This document shows, piece after piece, positions 37,634-46,693 of a DNA stretch of 64,000 nucleotides. The position numbers and the translations under genes are program-made. Location of the stretch: contig NZ_JAEULM010000016.1 of assembly GCF_016793825.1 (NCBI RefSeq), positions 33,930 to 97,929 of the forward strand, in the 5' to 3' direction. The notes beneath the pieces are model-generated. The model saw only the letters and a program-made list of their open reading frames with translations. It did not search any database and was not told where the DNA came from. Source of the stretch: Sphingopyxis sp. (GTDB lineage: Bacteria; Pseudomonadota; Alphaproteobacteria; Sphingomonadales; Sphingomonadaceae). Every line of letters starts with the position of its first letter. Position 1 is the first letter of the stretch.

Positions 37634-39529
37634 ATGTGTGGGATCGCGGGCATTTATCATCTGGAGACGGCAAAGCCCGTCGATCCGTCGCGCGTTCGCG
37701 CCATGTTGCATCCGATGGCGCATCGTGGGCCCGACGGTTCGGGCGAGTGGACCGCACCGGGGGTGGGTCTTGGGCACCTCCGCCTCTCGATCATCGATAT
37801 CGAGGGTAGCCCCCAGCCGATGGCGAGCGACGACGAGGCAGTCATGCTCACCTATAACGGCGAGATCTATAATTTTCGCGAGCTGCGTGCCGAGCTCGAG
37901 GATCGCGGCCATCGCTTCCGGACCAGTGGCGATACCGAGGTGATCATCGCCGCCTGGCGGCAATGGGGGCCCGATTGCCTGTCGCGGTTGAATGGCATGT
38001 TCGCATTCGCGATCCACGATCATCGGCGTGCTTGCCTGTTTCTCGCGCGCGACCGGCTGGGCGTGAAGCCGCTCCACGTTGCGCGCCTGTCGGACGGTTC
38101 GATCGCCTTTGCGTCGGAACTGAAAGGCCTGCTTCGCCATCCGTTGCTGCGGCAGGAGGCCAATCTGACGGCGGTCGAGGATTTCCTCGCGCTGGGTTAT
38201 GTACCCGATGACAATTGCATCGTCGCAGGGGTCGAGAAATTGCCCGCCGGGCATTTCCTCCTTCTCGAACGCGGCAAGCCTGTGCCGGCGCCGACGCGCT
38301 GGTGGGCGCCCGACTTTTCCCGGCGTGTCCGGGCGAGCGAGGGGGAGGCGGCCGAACATCTTCTTCACCTGATGCGCGCCGCCGTTACCGATCGCATGGT
38401 CGCCGACGTGCCGCTCGGCGCGTTCCTGTCGGGCGGCGTCGACAGCAGCGCGGTTGTCGCGTTGATGGCAGAGGGGAGCGCGAAGGCGGTCAAGACGTGC
38501 ACGATCGGATTCGATCAGGCATCGCTCGACGAGACCGTCTATGCGCAGCAGATCGCCGCGAGGTTCGCGACCGACCATCGCACGCGCACCGTTGCCGCCT
38601 CCGATTTCGCGATCGTCGACAGGATCGCCGACATGTTCGACGAGCCGTTCGCCGACGCCAGCGCCTTGCCGACCTATCGCGTCTGCGAACTCGCCCGCGA
38701 GGACGTGACCGTGGCGCTTTCCGGCGATGGCGCGGACGAGGCGTTCGCCGGGTATCGCCGCCTCGTTTTTCAACATCAGGAGGAACGGCTACGCGGGTTG
38801 ATCCCGCGTGTCCTGCGCAAGGGGCTGTTCGGACCATTGTCGCGCATATGGCCGCAAATGGACTGGGCACCCCGGCCGCTGCGCGCCCGCGCCACGCTGG
38901 CGAGCCTGGCAAAGAGCGGGGCGGAGGGATATTCGGAGGCGGTCGGGGTTACGGGGCCCGCACAGCGTGCGCGGTTGTTCAACGATGCGGCGGTGACCGC
39001 GCTTGGCGATCATATTGCCGAAGCGCGCTACTGGAAGGCGATGCATGAGGCGCCAGCGCGCGAACCGCTCGATCGGGCGCAATATGCCGACCTTCAGATA
39101 TGGCTCCCCGGTGACATCCTGACCAAGACCGACCGGATGAGTATGGCGGTCAGCCTCGAAGCCCGCGAACCGCTGCTCGATTATCGCCTGATCGAATTTG
39201 CCGCGAGCCTGCCCGCGTCGATGCGCGTCAAGGGCGGGACGGGAAAGGCGATCATGAAGCAGGCGCTGGAACGCTATTTGCCGCACGATATTCTGTACCG
39301 TCCCAAGATGGGGTTCGTGACCCCTGTCTCGCAATGGTTCCGGGGGCCGCTGGTCGAGCAGGCAAGGGCGCTCGCGACCTCGTCGACGCTGGCGCGCGCG
39401 GGCTGGTTCGACATGGCGGAAATCGAACGGGTCGTCGCCGCGCATCAGTCGGGGCGGCGCGACCATGGGCGACTGATCTGGCAATTCTTCATGCTGGAGA
39501 AGTCGTTGGCGAAGCTGTTCGGGATATAG
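37634..39529 (+). CDS. Asparagine-synthase-like glutamine amidotransferase, XrtA system
   Basis: N-terminal MCGIAG (Ntn Cys2), HRGPD, RDRLGVKP, LSGGVDSS, SGDGADE, DRMSMAVSLEAREP. Confidence 0.95.
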   Translation: MCGIAGIYHLETAKPVDPSRVRAMLHPMAHRGPDGSGEWTAPGVGLGHLRLSIIDIEGSPQPMASDDEAVMLTYNGEIYNFRELRAELEDRGHRFRTSGDTEVIIAAWRQWGPDCLSRLNGMFAFAIHDHRRACLFLARDRLGVKPLHVARLSDGSIAFASELKGLLRHPLLRQEANLTAVEDFLALGYVPDDNCIVAGVEKLPAGHFLLLERGKPVPAPTRWWAPDFSRRVRASEGEAAEHLLHLMRAAVTDRMVADVPLGAFLSGGVDSSAVVALMAEGSAKAVKTCTIGFDQASLDETVYAQQIAARFATDHRTRTVAASDFAIVDRIADMFDEPFADASALPTYRVCELAREDVTVALSGDGADEAFAGYRRLVFQHQEERLRGLIPRVLRKGLFGPLSRIWPQMDWAPRPLRARATLASLAKSGAEGYSEAVGVTGPAQRARLFNDAAVTALGDHIAEARYWKAMHEAPAREPLDRAQYADLQIWLPGDILTKTDRMSMAVSLEAREPLLDYRLIEFAASLPASMRVKGGTGKAIMKQALERYLPHDILYRPKMGFVTPVSQWFRGPLVEQARALATSSTLARAGWFDMAEIERVVAAHQSGRRDHGRLIWQFFMLEKSLAKLFGI

Positions 39530-39713
39530 CGCTTCCGCCCGAGCGGTGTTGATGGTCGTTACGAGGACGTGCCAGACGTCGACCGACCATTCTCGTCATC
39601 GCCGGGACGACCGTGTCTGGACCGCTAGCTGTCATTTCGTCCTGCGGAAGAAGATCGAAGGGCGTAGATGAATCGCCACGCCCTTTTAACGACTTGCTGC
39701 TAGGCTGCGCGCG

Positions 39714-40910
39714 ATGACGGTTCATCCCGCCTTTCCCATCAGCGGTACGCCAGTGCCTTCCGACGCGGCGCCCTTGACGGTGCGCGTCGTCGATCCGCTC
39801 GCGTTGTCGGACGACCTTGCCGCGGCTTGGGACCGACTTGCCGACGGGGCCAGCGAGCCCAATCCTTTCGCCGAACGCTGGTGTCTGCAATCGGCGCTGC
39901 ATCTGCTCGATCCCGACCGGCGGGCGCGGCTGGTGTTCGTCCGGGAGGGGAGTGACGGCGCGCTCATCGGGGTGATGCCGCTTGCGCCGGCGTCCAGATA
40001 TGGACGTTTGCCGTTGCGGCACGTGACGGGTTGGGCTCACCCCAACCAGTTCCATGGCGCGCCACTCGTCCGGGCCGGAATGGAGCATCTCTTCTGGTCG
40101 ATCCTGCTGGGTTGGTGCGATGCCTCGGATTGGGCGCACACGCTGCTTCATGTGCCGCGACTGACCGAAGATGGGCCTTTGCACCTCGCGCTTGTCGATG
40201 CTGTGCGGGCGCGCGGCGCCGAGGCCGAGGTCGTACATCGCGAGGAGCGCGCGTTGCTGGAAAGCAGCCTGTCGCCCGAAGCCTATTGGGATGAAGCCGT
40301 ACGCGCAAAAAAGCGCAAGGAACTCCGCCGTCAGGCCAATCGGCTTGCCGAGCAGGGGCTCCCCTCCTTCCGCCATTGGCGGGCCGGGGATGGGCTCAAC
40401 GTCTGGATCGACGATTTCCTCCATCTCGAGGTGCGCGGCTGGAAAGGCAAAGCGGAATCGGCGCTGGCCAGCCATGGCGAGACCGAAGCCTGGTTTCGGG
40501 CGATCCTTGCGGGTGCGGCCGAAGCGGGCAAGCTGGACATGCGTTCACTCGATCTCGACGGGCGGCCGCTCGCGATCCTGATCAATTTCCTGTGCCCGCC
40601 GGGCGGCTTTTCTTTCAAGACGGCGTTCGATGAGGAATATGCGCGTTTTTCGCCCGGCGTGCTGTTGCAGCAAGCGAACCTCGATCTGCTGAACGATGGC
40701 CGTCTCGGGTGGGTGGACAGCTGCGCGGCGCCCGGACATCCGATGATCGACAGTGTGTGGCGCGAGCGCCGTCATCTCGTGTGGATCAATGCGCCCTTGT
40801 CGGGCGGTTCCGACCGGCTGCGCTTTCGCGCGCTGGCCAAGGTAGAGAGGGTCTGGCGGCGCTGGAAAGACGGGCCATCGGTCGCCAGTTCTGTGCAGGA
40901 TGCGACATGA
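39714..40910 (+). CDS. GNAT-fold acyltransferase (CelD/BcsL-like)
   Basis: EPNPFAE.W, KKRKELRRQ.NRL, LE..GWKG, FKTAFDEEYARFSPG.LL, DSCA.PGHPM. Confidence 0.85.
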   Translation: MTVHPAFPISGTPVPSDAAPLTVRVVDPLALSDDLAAAWDRLADGASEPNPFAERWCLQSALHLLDPDRRARLVFVREGSDGALIGVMPLAPASRYGRLPLRHVTGWAHPNQFHGAPLVRAGMEHLFWSILLGWCDASDWAHTLLHVPRLTEDGPLHLALVDAVRARGAEAEVVHREERALLESSLSPEAYWDEAVRAKKRKELRRQANRLAEQGLPSFRHWRAGDGLNVWIDDFLHLEVRGWKGKAESALASHGETEAWFRAILAGAAEAGKLDMRSLDLDGRPLAILINFLCPPGGFSFKTAFDEEYARFSPGVLLQQANLDLLNDGRLGWVDSCAAPGHPMIDSVWRERRHLVWINAPLSGGSDRLRFRALAKVERVWRRWKDGPSVASSVQDAT

Positions 40911-41773
40911 AAACCGTGCAAGCTGACCTCGAACATGTCTTCCCCGACGAAACGATCGCCCGGATGGAGGCTCTCTATCCCGCGCAGGCGGGGCTGCTGC
41001 ATCATCTTCTGCCCGATCATCCGCTTCTTTCGCTCGAGGCGTTGGCACAGCTTGGCGAAGGCCTGCCTGGCGCGCAGGTCGAATATAATCCCGGCGATGT
41101 GCCGATCGGCATCAAGCCCGCGGACATCCCCACGAATGGCCTTTCGATCGGCGAGACAATCCGCACGATCGATACCAACCGCAGCTGGGCCGTGCTCAAG
41201 AATATCGAGACCGTCGCCGAATATCGCGCGCTCCTCATGGATCTTCTCGGCGAACTGAAGTCCGTAGTCGAGCCGCGGACCGGCGCCATGCTGACGCCGC
41301 AGGGCTTTGTCTTCATCTCTTCGCCCGGATCGATCACGCCGTTCCATTTCGATCCCGAGCATAACATCCTGCTGCAACTGCGCGGACGGAAAGTGATGAA
41401 TGTCTGGCCGGCGGGCGATGAGCGCTTTGCGCATCGTGTCGAGCATGAACGCTATCACACGGGCGGCCACCGCAACCTGCCGTGGCAAGAGGCGTATCGG
41501 GACGGGGCGCAGCAGGTGCCGCTCGGTCCGGGTGACGCCGTGCTGATGCCGGTGATGGCGCCGCATTTCGTTGCCAATGGAGACGCGCCGTCGGTGTCGC
41601 TTTCGATCACCTGGCGCAGCGAGTGGAGCTATCGCGAGTCGGAGGCGCATGCTGCCAACGCCGCGCTTCGGCGTATGGGGCTCGACCCCGCCATGCCGCC
41701 GCGCTGGCCAAGCTATGCCTGGGTAAAGACCGTCGGCTGGCGTATCGCGCGCAAGCTTGGGTTGGTGTCCTGA
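40907..41773 (+). CDS. JmjC/cupin-like Fe(II)/2-oxoglutarate dioxygenase
   Basis: TPFHFDPEHNILLQLRGRK (HxD plus Lys), LGPGDAVLMP, distal PHFV. Start MKTVQAD overlaps the GNAT stop (ATGA). Confidence 0.85.
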   Translation: MKTVQADLEHVFPDETIARMEALYPAQAGLLHHLLPDHPLLSLEALAQLGEGLPGAQVEYNPGDVPIGIKPADIPTNGLSIGETIRTIDTNRSWAVLKNIETVAEYRALLMDLLGELKSVVEPRTGAMLTPQGFVFISSPGSITPFHFDPEHNILLQLRGRKVMNVWPAGDERFAHRVEHERYHTGGHRNLPWQEAYRDGAQQVPLGPGDAVLMPVMAPHFVANGDAPSVSLSITWRSEWSYRESEAHAANAALRRMGLDPAMPPRWPSYAWVKTVGWRIARKLGLVS

Positions 41774-41856
41774 ACCGCCCGTTACAGATTGCTTTCAATT
41801 CAGAACATTTGGCGTTATGGGCGCGCATCCCGATATTTCGAGGTCCTAGAGGATAG

Positions 41857-42075
41857 ATGGCGAAAGAAGAACTTCTGGAAATGCGCGGCCAGGTGGTCGA
41901 ACTGCTCCCCAACGCGATGTTCCGCGTTAAGCTGGAAAACGATCACGAGATTCTGGGCCACACGGCCGGGAAAATGCGCAAGAACCGCATTCGCGTGTTG
42001 GTCGGCGACGAAGTTCTCGTTGAACTCACTCCCTATGACCTGACCAAGGGTCGGATCACCTATCGCTTCAAGTGA
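41857..42075 (+). CDS. infA: Translation initiation factor IF-1
   Basis: [28 protein letters not shown]...GRITYRFK. Confidence 0.98.
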   Translation: MAKEELLEMRGQVVELLPNAMFRVKLENDHEILGHTAGKMRKNRIRVLVGDEVLVELTPYDLTKGRITYRFK

Positions 42076-42662
42076 GCGGCGCGGCGACACCTCCCGCGCT
42101 GGTTCTCGCTTCGACTTCGCCCCGGCGTCTCGAACTGCTCGCGCGGATCGGCCTGACGCCGTCGCGCATTGCGGCGCCCGAGATCGATGAAACGCCGCTG
42201 AAGGGAGAGCTTCCGCGCGCCTATGTAGCGCGGCTTGCGCAGAGCAAGGCGCTTGCGGTCGATCGCGCGGCGGAAGAGGCCGTGCTGGCGGGCGATACGA
42301 CGGTCGCGGTCGGACGCCGTATTCTCGAAAAGCCGACCGACGAAGCCGATCTTCGCCGCATGCTCCTGCTGCTCTCGGGGCGGCGGCACCATGTCTATTC
42401 GGGCGTTTGCGTCGTCGGTATCGACGGCAGGCCGCGCGTTCGCGTTGCCGATACGATCGTCGCCTTCAAGAGGCTGAGCGCCGCCGAGATCGACTGGTAT
42501 GTCGAAAGCGGTGAGGGAATGGGCAAGGCGGGCGGCTACGCGATCCAGGGCCGGGCCGAGATATTCGTCCGGTTCCTGTCGGGCAGCCATTCGAACGTCG
42601 TCGGCCTGCCGCTTCTGGAAACGCGCGGCTTGCTGAGCAGCGCTGGCATTCCGCTTGGCTGA
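42072..42662 (+). CDS. maf: Maf-family nucleoside triphosphate pyrophosphatase
   Basis: [40 protein letters not shown]. Confidence 0.95.
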   Translation: MSGAATPPALVLASTSPRRLELLARIGLTPSRIAAPEIDETPLKGELPRAYVARLAQSKALAVDRAAEEAVLAGDTTVAVGRRILEKPTDEADLRRMLLLLSGRRHHVYSGVCVVGIDGRPRVRVADTIVAFKRLSAAEIDWYVESGEGMGKAGGYAIQGRAEIFVRFLSGSHSNVVGLPLLETRGLLSSAGIPLG

Positions 42663-43627
42663 GTGGTTTTATGAAGCCGGCATTGGCGAATGTCGCGCCG
42701 CGCTGGTCGAGGACGATCGGATCATCGAGGCGCGGATCGAGCGCGATGACGAGCGCCCGCGCGTCGGCGCGGTGATCGGGGCGCGGCTGGTCGAAACGGG
42801 GAAGGCAGCGCGTTGTGCTAGACCTGCCTGGCGAGCCGCTGGCCACGCTGACGCCGCCGCAGGGCCTTTCGATCGGTGCGAGGTTGACTGTCGAGATCGT
42901 CCGCATGGCTTTGCGCGAGCGTGGGCGCGAAAAGCCGGCGCGCGCGCGCATGACCGATGCGCCGCTCACCGATGGACCCGACTTGCGGGCGCGCATCGTC
43001 GCAACGGGCTTTCCCGTGATGGATATGGTGCCGACAGGAAGCGACCGGCTGGAGCAGGTGGGCTGGTCCGAACTGATCGATCACGTGCGCACCGGGCATT
43101 GGCCCTTTGTCGGCGGTGCCCTGTGGATCGACGCGACGCCGGCGATGACTCTGATCGACATCGACGGTGAGGGAGATGCCCCGACGCTCGCCAGGGCTGG
43201 CGGCAGGGCTGCGATAAATGCGATCCGTTGCTGCGACATCGGCGGATCGATCGGTATCGATTTTCCGTCGCTTCCCGGACGAGGGGAACGGCAGGCGATC
43301 GACGCGCTGATCGACGAGCTTTTGCCGCAACCGTTCGAACGCACGGCGATCAATGGCTTCGGCCTGATGCAGATCATCCGCCGCCGCCAGCGGCCGTCGC
43401 TGATAGAGCAGGTCCGCCTCGATCCTGTCGGCACCGATGCTGCAATGCTGCTGCGCCAGGCCGAGCGGACGATCGGAACGGGCGTGTTGCACCTGACCAC
43501 GCGGCCCGCGGTTGTGGACCATATCGCACGGCATCCCGACTGGACGGCCGAATTGCAAAGGCGCACGGGGCGTCCGGTCGAGATTATCGCCGATGCGCAA
43601 GGGAAGGGATCGGGCCATGCCCAGTGA
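42655..43627 (+). pseudogene. RNase E/G-family (Rng-like) gene split by a +1 frameshift near 42813
   Basis: The N-terminus [12 protein letters not shown]...ETGKAAR is in the frame of 42655. The remainder, VLDLPGEP...IDIDG...IGIDFP...GFGLMQIIRRR, is in the frame of 42815. The span is 973 nt = 324 codons + 1. Confidence 0.8.
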
Positions 43628-43811
43628 AGCGGCCGCAAGACAGGCGAAATGCCCGCGCTGCGGCAAACCGCGCGTGCAGGAGTTCCGCCCTTTCTGCAGC
43701 CGCGGCTGCCGCGACCGGGACCTCAACCAGTGGTTCGACGAAGGCTATCGCCTGCCTGCGCACGAGGGCCCTGATGGCGGCACCGACGACGATCGATTGG
43801 GCGACGCCTGA
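43617..43811 (+). CDS. yacG: DNA gyrase inhibitor YacG
   Basis: CPRCGK...RPFCSRGC...DLNQW zinc-finger pattern. Start MPSEAA (43617). Confidence 0.93.
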   Translation: MPSEAAARQAKCPRCGKPRVQEFRPFCSRGCRDRDLNQWFDEGYRLPAHEGPDGGTDDDRLGDA

Positions 43812-43907
43812 GGTCGGAAATTAGCGCAACAAAGGCTCTGGACAGGACGAAAGGCCCTGCCTATAGCCGCCGCTCGCCAGCAGGCCGACCGGTCTTGCGA
43901 AGCCCGT

Positions 43908-43983
43908 GCCCGGGTAGCTCAGTTGGTAGAGCATGCGACTGAAAATCGCAGTGTCGGCGGTTCGACCCCGTCCCCGGGCACCA
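43908..43983 (+). tRNA. tRNA-Phe (GAA)
   Basis: GCCCGGG acceptor stem, D-arm AGCTCAGTTGGTAGAGC, anticodon loop CTGAAAA, GGTTCGA T-loop, encoded CCA; 76 nt. Confidence 0.97.
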
Positions 43984-44243
43984 CTGCTCTTCGTAATAGT
44001 CTCGCAAGCCAAGGTTGTTCAGACGGGACATGTGACGCCAAGGTCATCGGATCGGTTCCATTCTCACTGAATTACGGGCGTCATTTACGGGGGGGTCGCG
44101 CTTGCTCGGGAATCCCGTTTGTAAGCGAAGTCTGAGGCGAGTGCAGGCAGGCATCGCATCGACTTGTTTCCGTCAGTGCGGGTCCGATGGCTTCCGGCGC
44201 AACCCGCCACCGAAAATTTCAGAAATCCGGTTGCCAAACAGGT

Positions 44244-45170
44244 TCAGGATCGCAGACGCTGATTGATCTCCCGAGCGAAATCGTCGCAAAGGGCCAGGGC
44301 AGCTTTCAAAACGGTATCGGTGACTGCGGTATGCGGGCGAGCGGGCGACAGGATGACGTCGTATGTGATCTCGACCGCGGGTAGAAACGGGCGGATTACG
44401 ACCTTTTCCTGAGGATAGGCGAGCGCCGTTAGTGGTTCGACCAGCGAAACGCCGATGCCGTCCGCGACAAGGCTGTATACCGTGTGTGTTCGCTGCGTTT
44501 CGACAACGGTCAACGGCTCGACTTTTTCGCGCTGCAGCAATTTGGCGGTTGCCACGATCGGGGTCACTTCCTGTGCAAGCGCGATGAATGGCACGTCCTT
44601 CAAGGCCGACACCTCTATCACGCGCCGGTCGGCGAGCGGATGGCCGGCCGGGATGGCGCAGACGAGTTCGGCCGACAGCAATTTGCGCACGTCGAGCGTC
44701 TGGCTCGCGGTCGCGATCCCGCAAAGCCCGATGTCGGCTTCTCCCGCGGCGACCATCTGTGTGACGATCGTCGGGTCCCTCACGATAACGGCAAAAGAAG
44801 CTTTGGGATGCTGCGCGCGCACGCGCTGCAACAGTCGCGAGATGGCTATCGTCGAAAAAAGGGGCGCACAGGCGATGCGCAGTGGCGCCTCGCGCTTGTT
44901 TGGAAGCTCGCGCGCTCGATCGAGGAACAGTTCCACGTTGGCCAACGCAACCTTGGCCTGCTGATACAGCGCCAATGCGTCCGCAGTCGGGACCAGTCGC
45001 TTGCGACTGCGATCGAAGAGGGCCACGCGAAGCTCGCTCTCCAAATCCTTTATATGCCGGCTCACCGCAGGCTGCGCCAGCCGCAAGAGCTTGGCGGCAG
45101 CGCTGACACTCCCCGTATCAATCACGGCCCGAAAGACGACATATCGACGAAGATTCATATGCTCTACCAT
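44244..45170 (-). CDS. LysR-family transcriptional regulator
   Basis: HTH GSVSAAAKLLRLAQPAVSRHIKDLE, LFDRSRKRLVPT. Divergent from the catabolic operon. Confidence 0.95.
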   Translation of the reverse strand: MVEHMNLRRYVVFRAVIDTGSVSAAAKLLRLAQPAVSRHIKDLESELRVALFDRSRKRLVPTADALALYQQAKVALANVELFLDRARELPNKREAPLRIACAPLFSTIAISRLLQRVRAQHPKASFAVIVRDPTIVTQMVAAGEADIGLCGIATASQTLDVRKLLSAELVCAIPAGHPLADRRVIEVSALKDVPFIALAQEVTPIVATAKLLQREKVEPLTVVETQRTHTVYSLVADGIGVSLVEPLTALAYPQEKVVIRPFLPAVEITYDVILSPARPHTAVTDTVLKAALALCDDFAREINQRLRS

Positions 45171-45208
45171 TATATCTTATGCGCATTTATCACGCTTTTT
45201 TATATCAT
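45170..45208 (+). promoter_or_regulatory. AT-rich promoter/operator motif TTATA-N21-TTTTT-TATATCAT
   Basis: Read directly between LysR and the Adc-like gene. A near-identical architecture recurs at 54949-54988 on the minus strand. Confidence 0.4.
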
Positions 45209-45356
45209 GGAGCCGGCCTACAATCCAGTCACACAATGGGAGGGCCATCATTTTGCATTTTCGTACCAGCCTTGCACACAGACGGAACCGCGCCGCAAAG
45301 ATCGGTCGAACGTGCATGGATCTCACCGTGCGGTTGGCGCGGCGGCAGGCTTGGCA

Positions 45357-46187
45357 ATGAGTTACCGCTTCGAGCCGGGCCGCATCTACCGAATGCCAAC
45401 TCACTTTGGCCCCTCGGTCAGTCCGCGCCAGCCGCCCACAGCGAAAGAATATGACTGGTCCGCTTCCGAATGTCTTTCGGTCAGTGTGACCTTGCCGGTC
45501 GACCGTGATGGCCTCGAAGGCCTTTTGCCGCCGGGATTTGCGTTGCTTGGCGCCCCGGAGCTTTGCCTGACCTTTTCGTATCTTACCAATCTGCCATGGC
45601 TCGCCGGGCGTGGGTACAACACTCTCGGCGTGACCGTGCCCGTGCGCTATTGCGACGCGCACGTCGGCTCACTGATGCTGGTGCTGTGGGAAAATATGGC
45701 CGATCCCATTCTTACCGGGCGCGAAGAGCTCGGCATGCCGAAGATATTTTGCGACTTGCCGGCTGCGCGTCGCACCGGTGCGACCATCGACTGCACCGCC
45801 GAATGGCATGGCTTCCGCTTCCTGAATCTGACCGTTTCCAGTCTGCATGAGAGTCTGGATACAGCCTTGCCCGATCCCGCGACCTTGCCGACCCGCGGGC
45901 AACTTCTGCATTATCGCCATCTCCCTGCGGTGGGCGATTGGGGCCGGGTCAGCGTGGCGGAAGTCACGCTGACCCCGCCCGCGCGGGGGGATGCGGTCCT
46001 GGCCGTGGAAACCGGCATGGCGCGGATCGACTGGCACGTTCCGCGCTGGGAGGACATGCCGACGCAAAGCGAGATCGTGAACCGGCTTGCCAGCATCTGC
46101 GTTGCCGACAACGGCTGCGGCGAGATTCTCGTCACGCGCGGCGGGGCCTATGAGCACCGCGACCAGCAAGTGGTGGCAAGGCTATGA
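45357..46187 (+). CDS. Acetoacetate decarboxylase-like (ADC superfamily) protein
   Basis: YRMPTHFGP, YLTNLPWLAGRGYN, LVLWEN, GREELGMPK (Schiff-base Lys position). Start MSYRFEP (45357). Confidence 0.85.
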   Translation: MSYRFEPGRIYRMPTHFGPSVSPRQPPTAKEYDWSASECLSVSVTLPVDRDGLEGLLPPGFALLGAPELCLTFSYLTNLPWLAGRGYNTLGVTVPVRYCDAHVGSLMLVLWENMADPILTGREELGMPKIFCDLPAARRTGATIDCTAEWHGFRFLNLTVSSLHESLDTALPDPATLPTRGQLLHYRHLPAVGDWGRVSVAEVTLTPPARGDAVLAVETGMARIDWHVPRWEDMPTQSEIVNRLASICVADNGCGEILVTRGGAYEHRDQQVVARL

Positions 46188-46693
46188 CGGCCGGAGCCAT
46201 GATCGTCGACCTCGCAGCACATCCTGAATATGCGGAGATCGTCGCATTCTGGGTCGATCGCGAATGGGCGATTTTTTCCAAGCGGTCGTTCGCGGAGACG
46301 CTGGCGCGATATCGCGACACACCGGGACCGGGAAGACTGCCGATCACGCTCGTTGCACTCGTGGGCGGTAATCCGTGCGGCGTCGCCAGTCTGCGCGAGA
46401 AGGACAGTTTCGACTGGCTGCCGGATATTTGTCACTGGGTTTGCGGAGTCTATGTGTCGCCGGACAGGCGCGGCATGGGGGTCGCCGGTCACCTCTGCCG
46501 CGCACTGGAGGTCCGTGCCGTGCAATTGGGCATCCATCAACTCCATCTCGCTACCGAGACAGAACGGGACTCGCTCTATCATCGGCTGGGCTATGCCGAG
46601 GTCGGGCAAACCGAACATCACGGTATGAATTATTTGCTGCGTAAATCGCTGCTATCCAACAAGGCTTATGGTGGAGGCGATGATGCACGCTAA
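46184..46693 (+). CDS. GNAT N-acetyltransferase
   Basis: GVASL, W..GVYVSPDRRGMGVA..L, LHLAT, LYHRLGY. Coupled to the upstream gene by ATGA. Confidence 0.88.
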   Translation: MTAGAMIVDLAAHPEYAEIVAFWVDREWAIFSKRSFAETLARYRDTPGPGRLPITLVALVGGNPCGVASLREKDSFDWLPDICHWVCGVYVSPDRRGMGVAGHLCRALEVRAVQLGIHQLHLATETERDSLYHRLGYAEVGQTEHHGMNYLLRKSLLSNKAYGGGDDAR

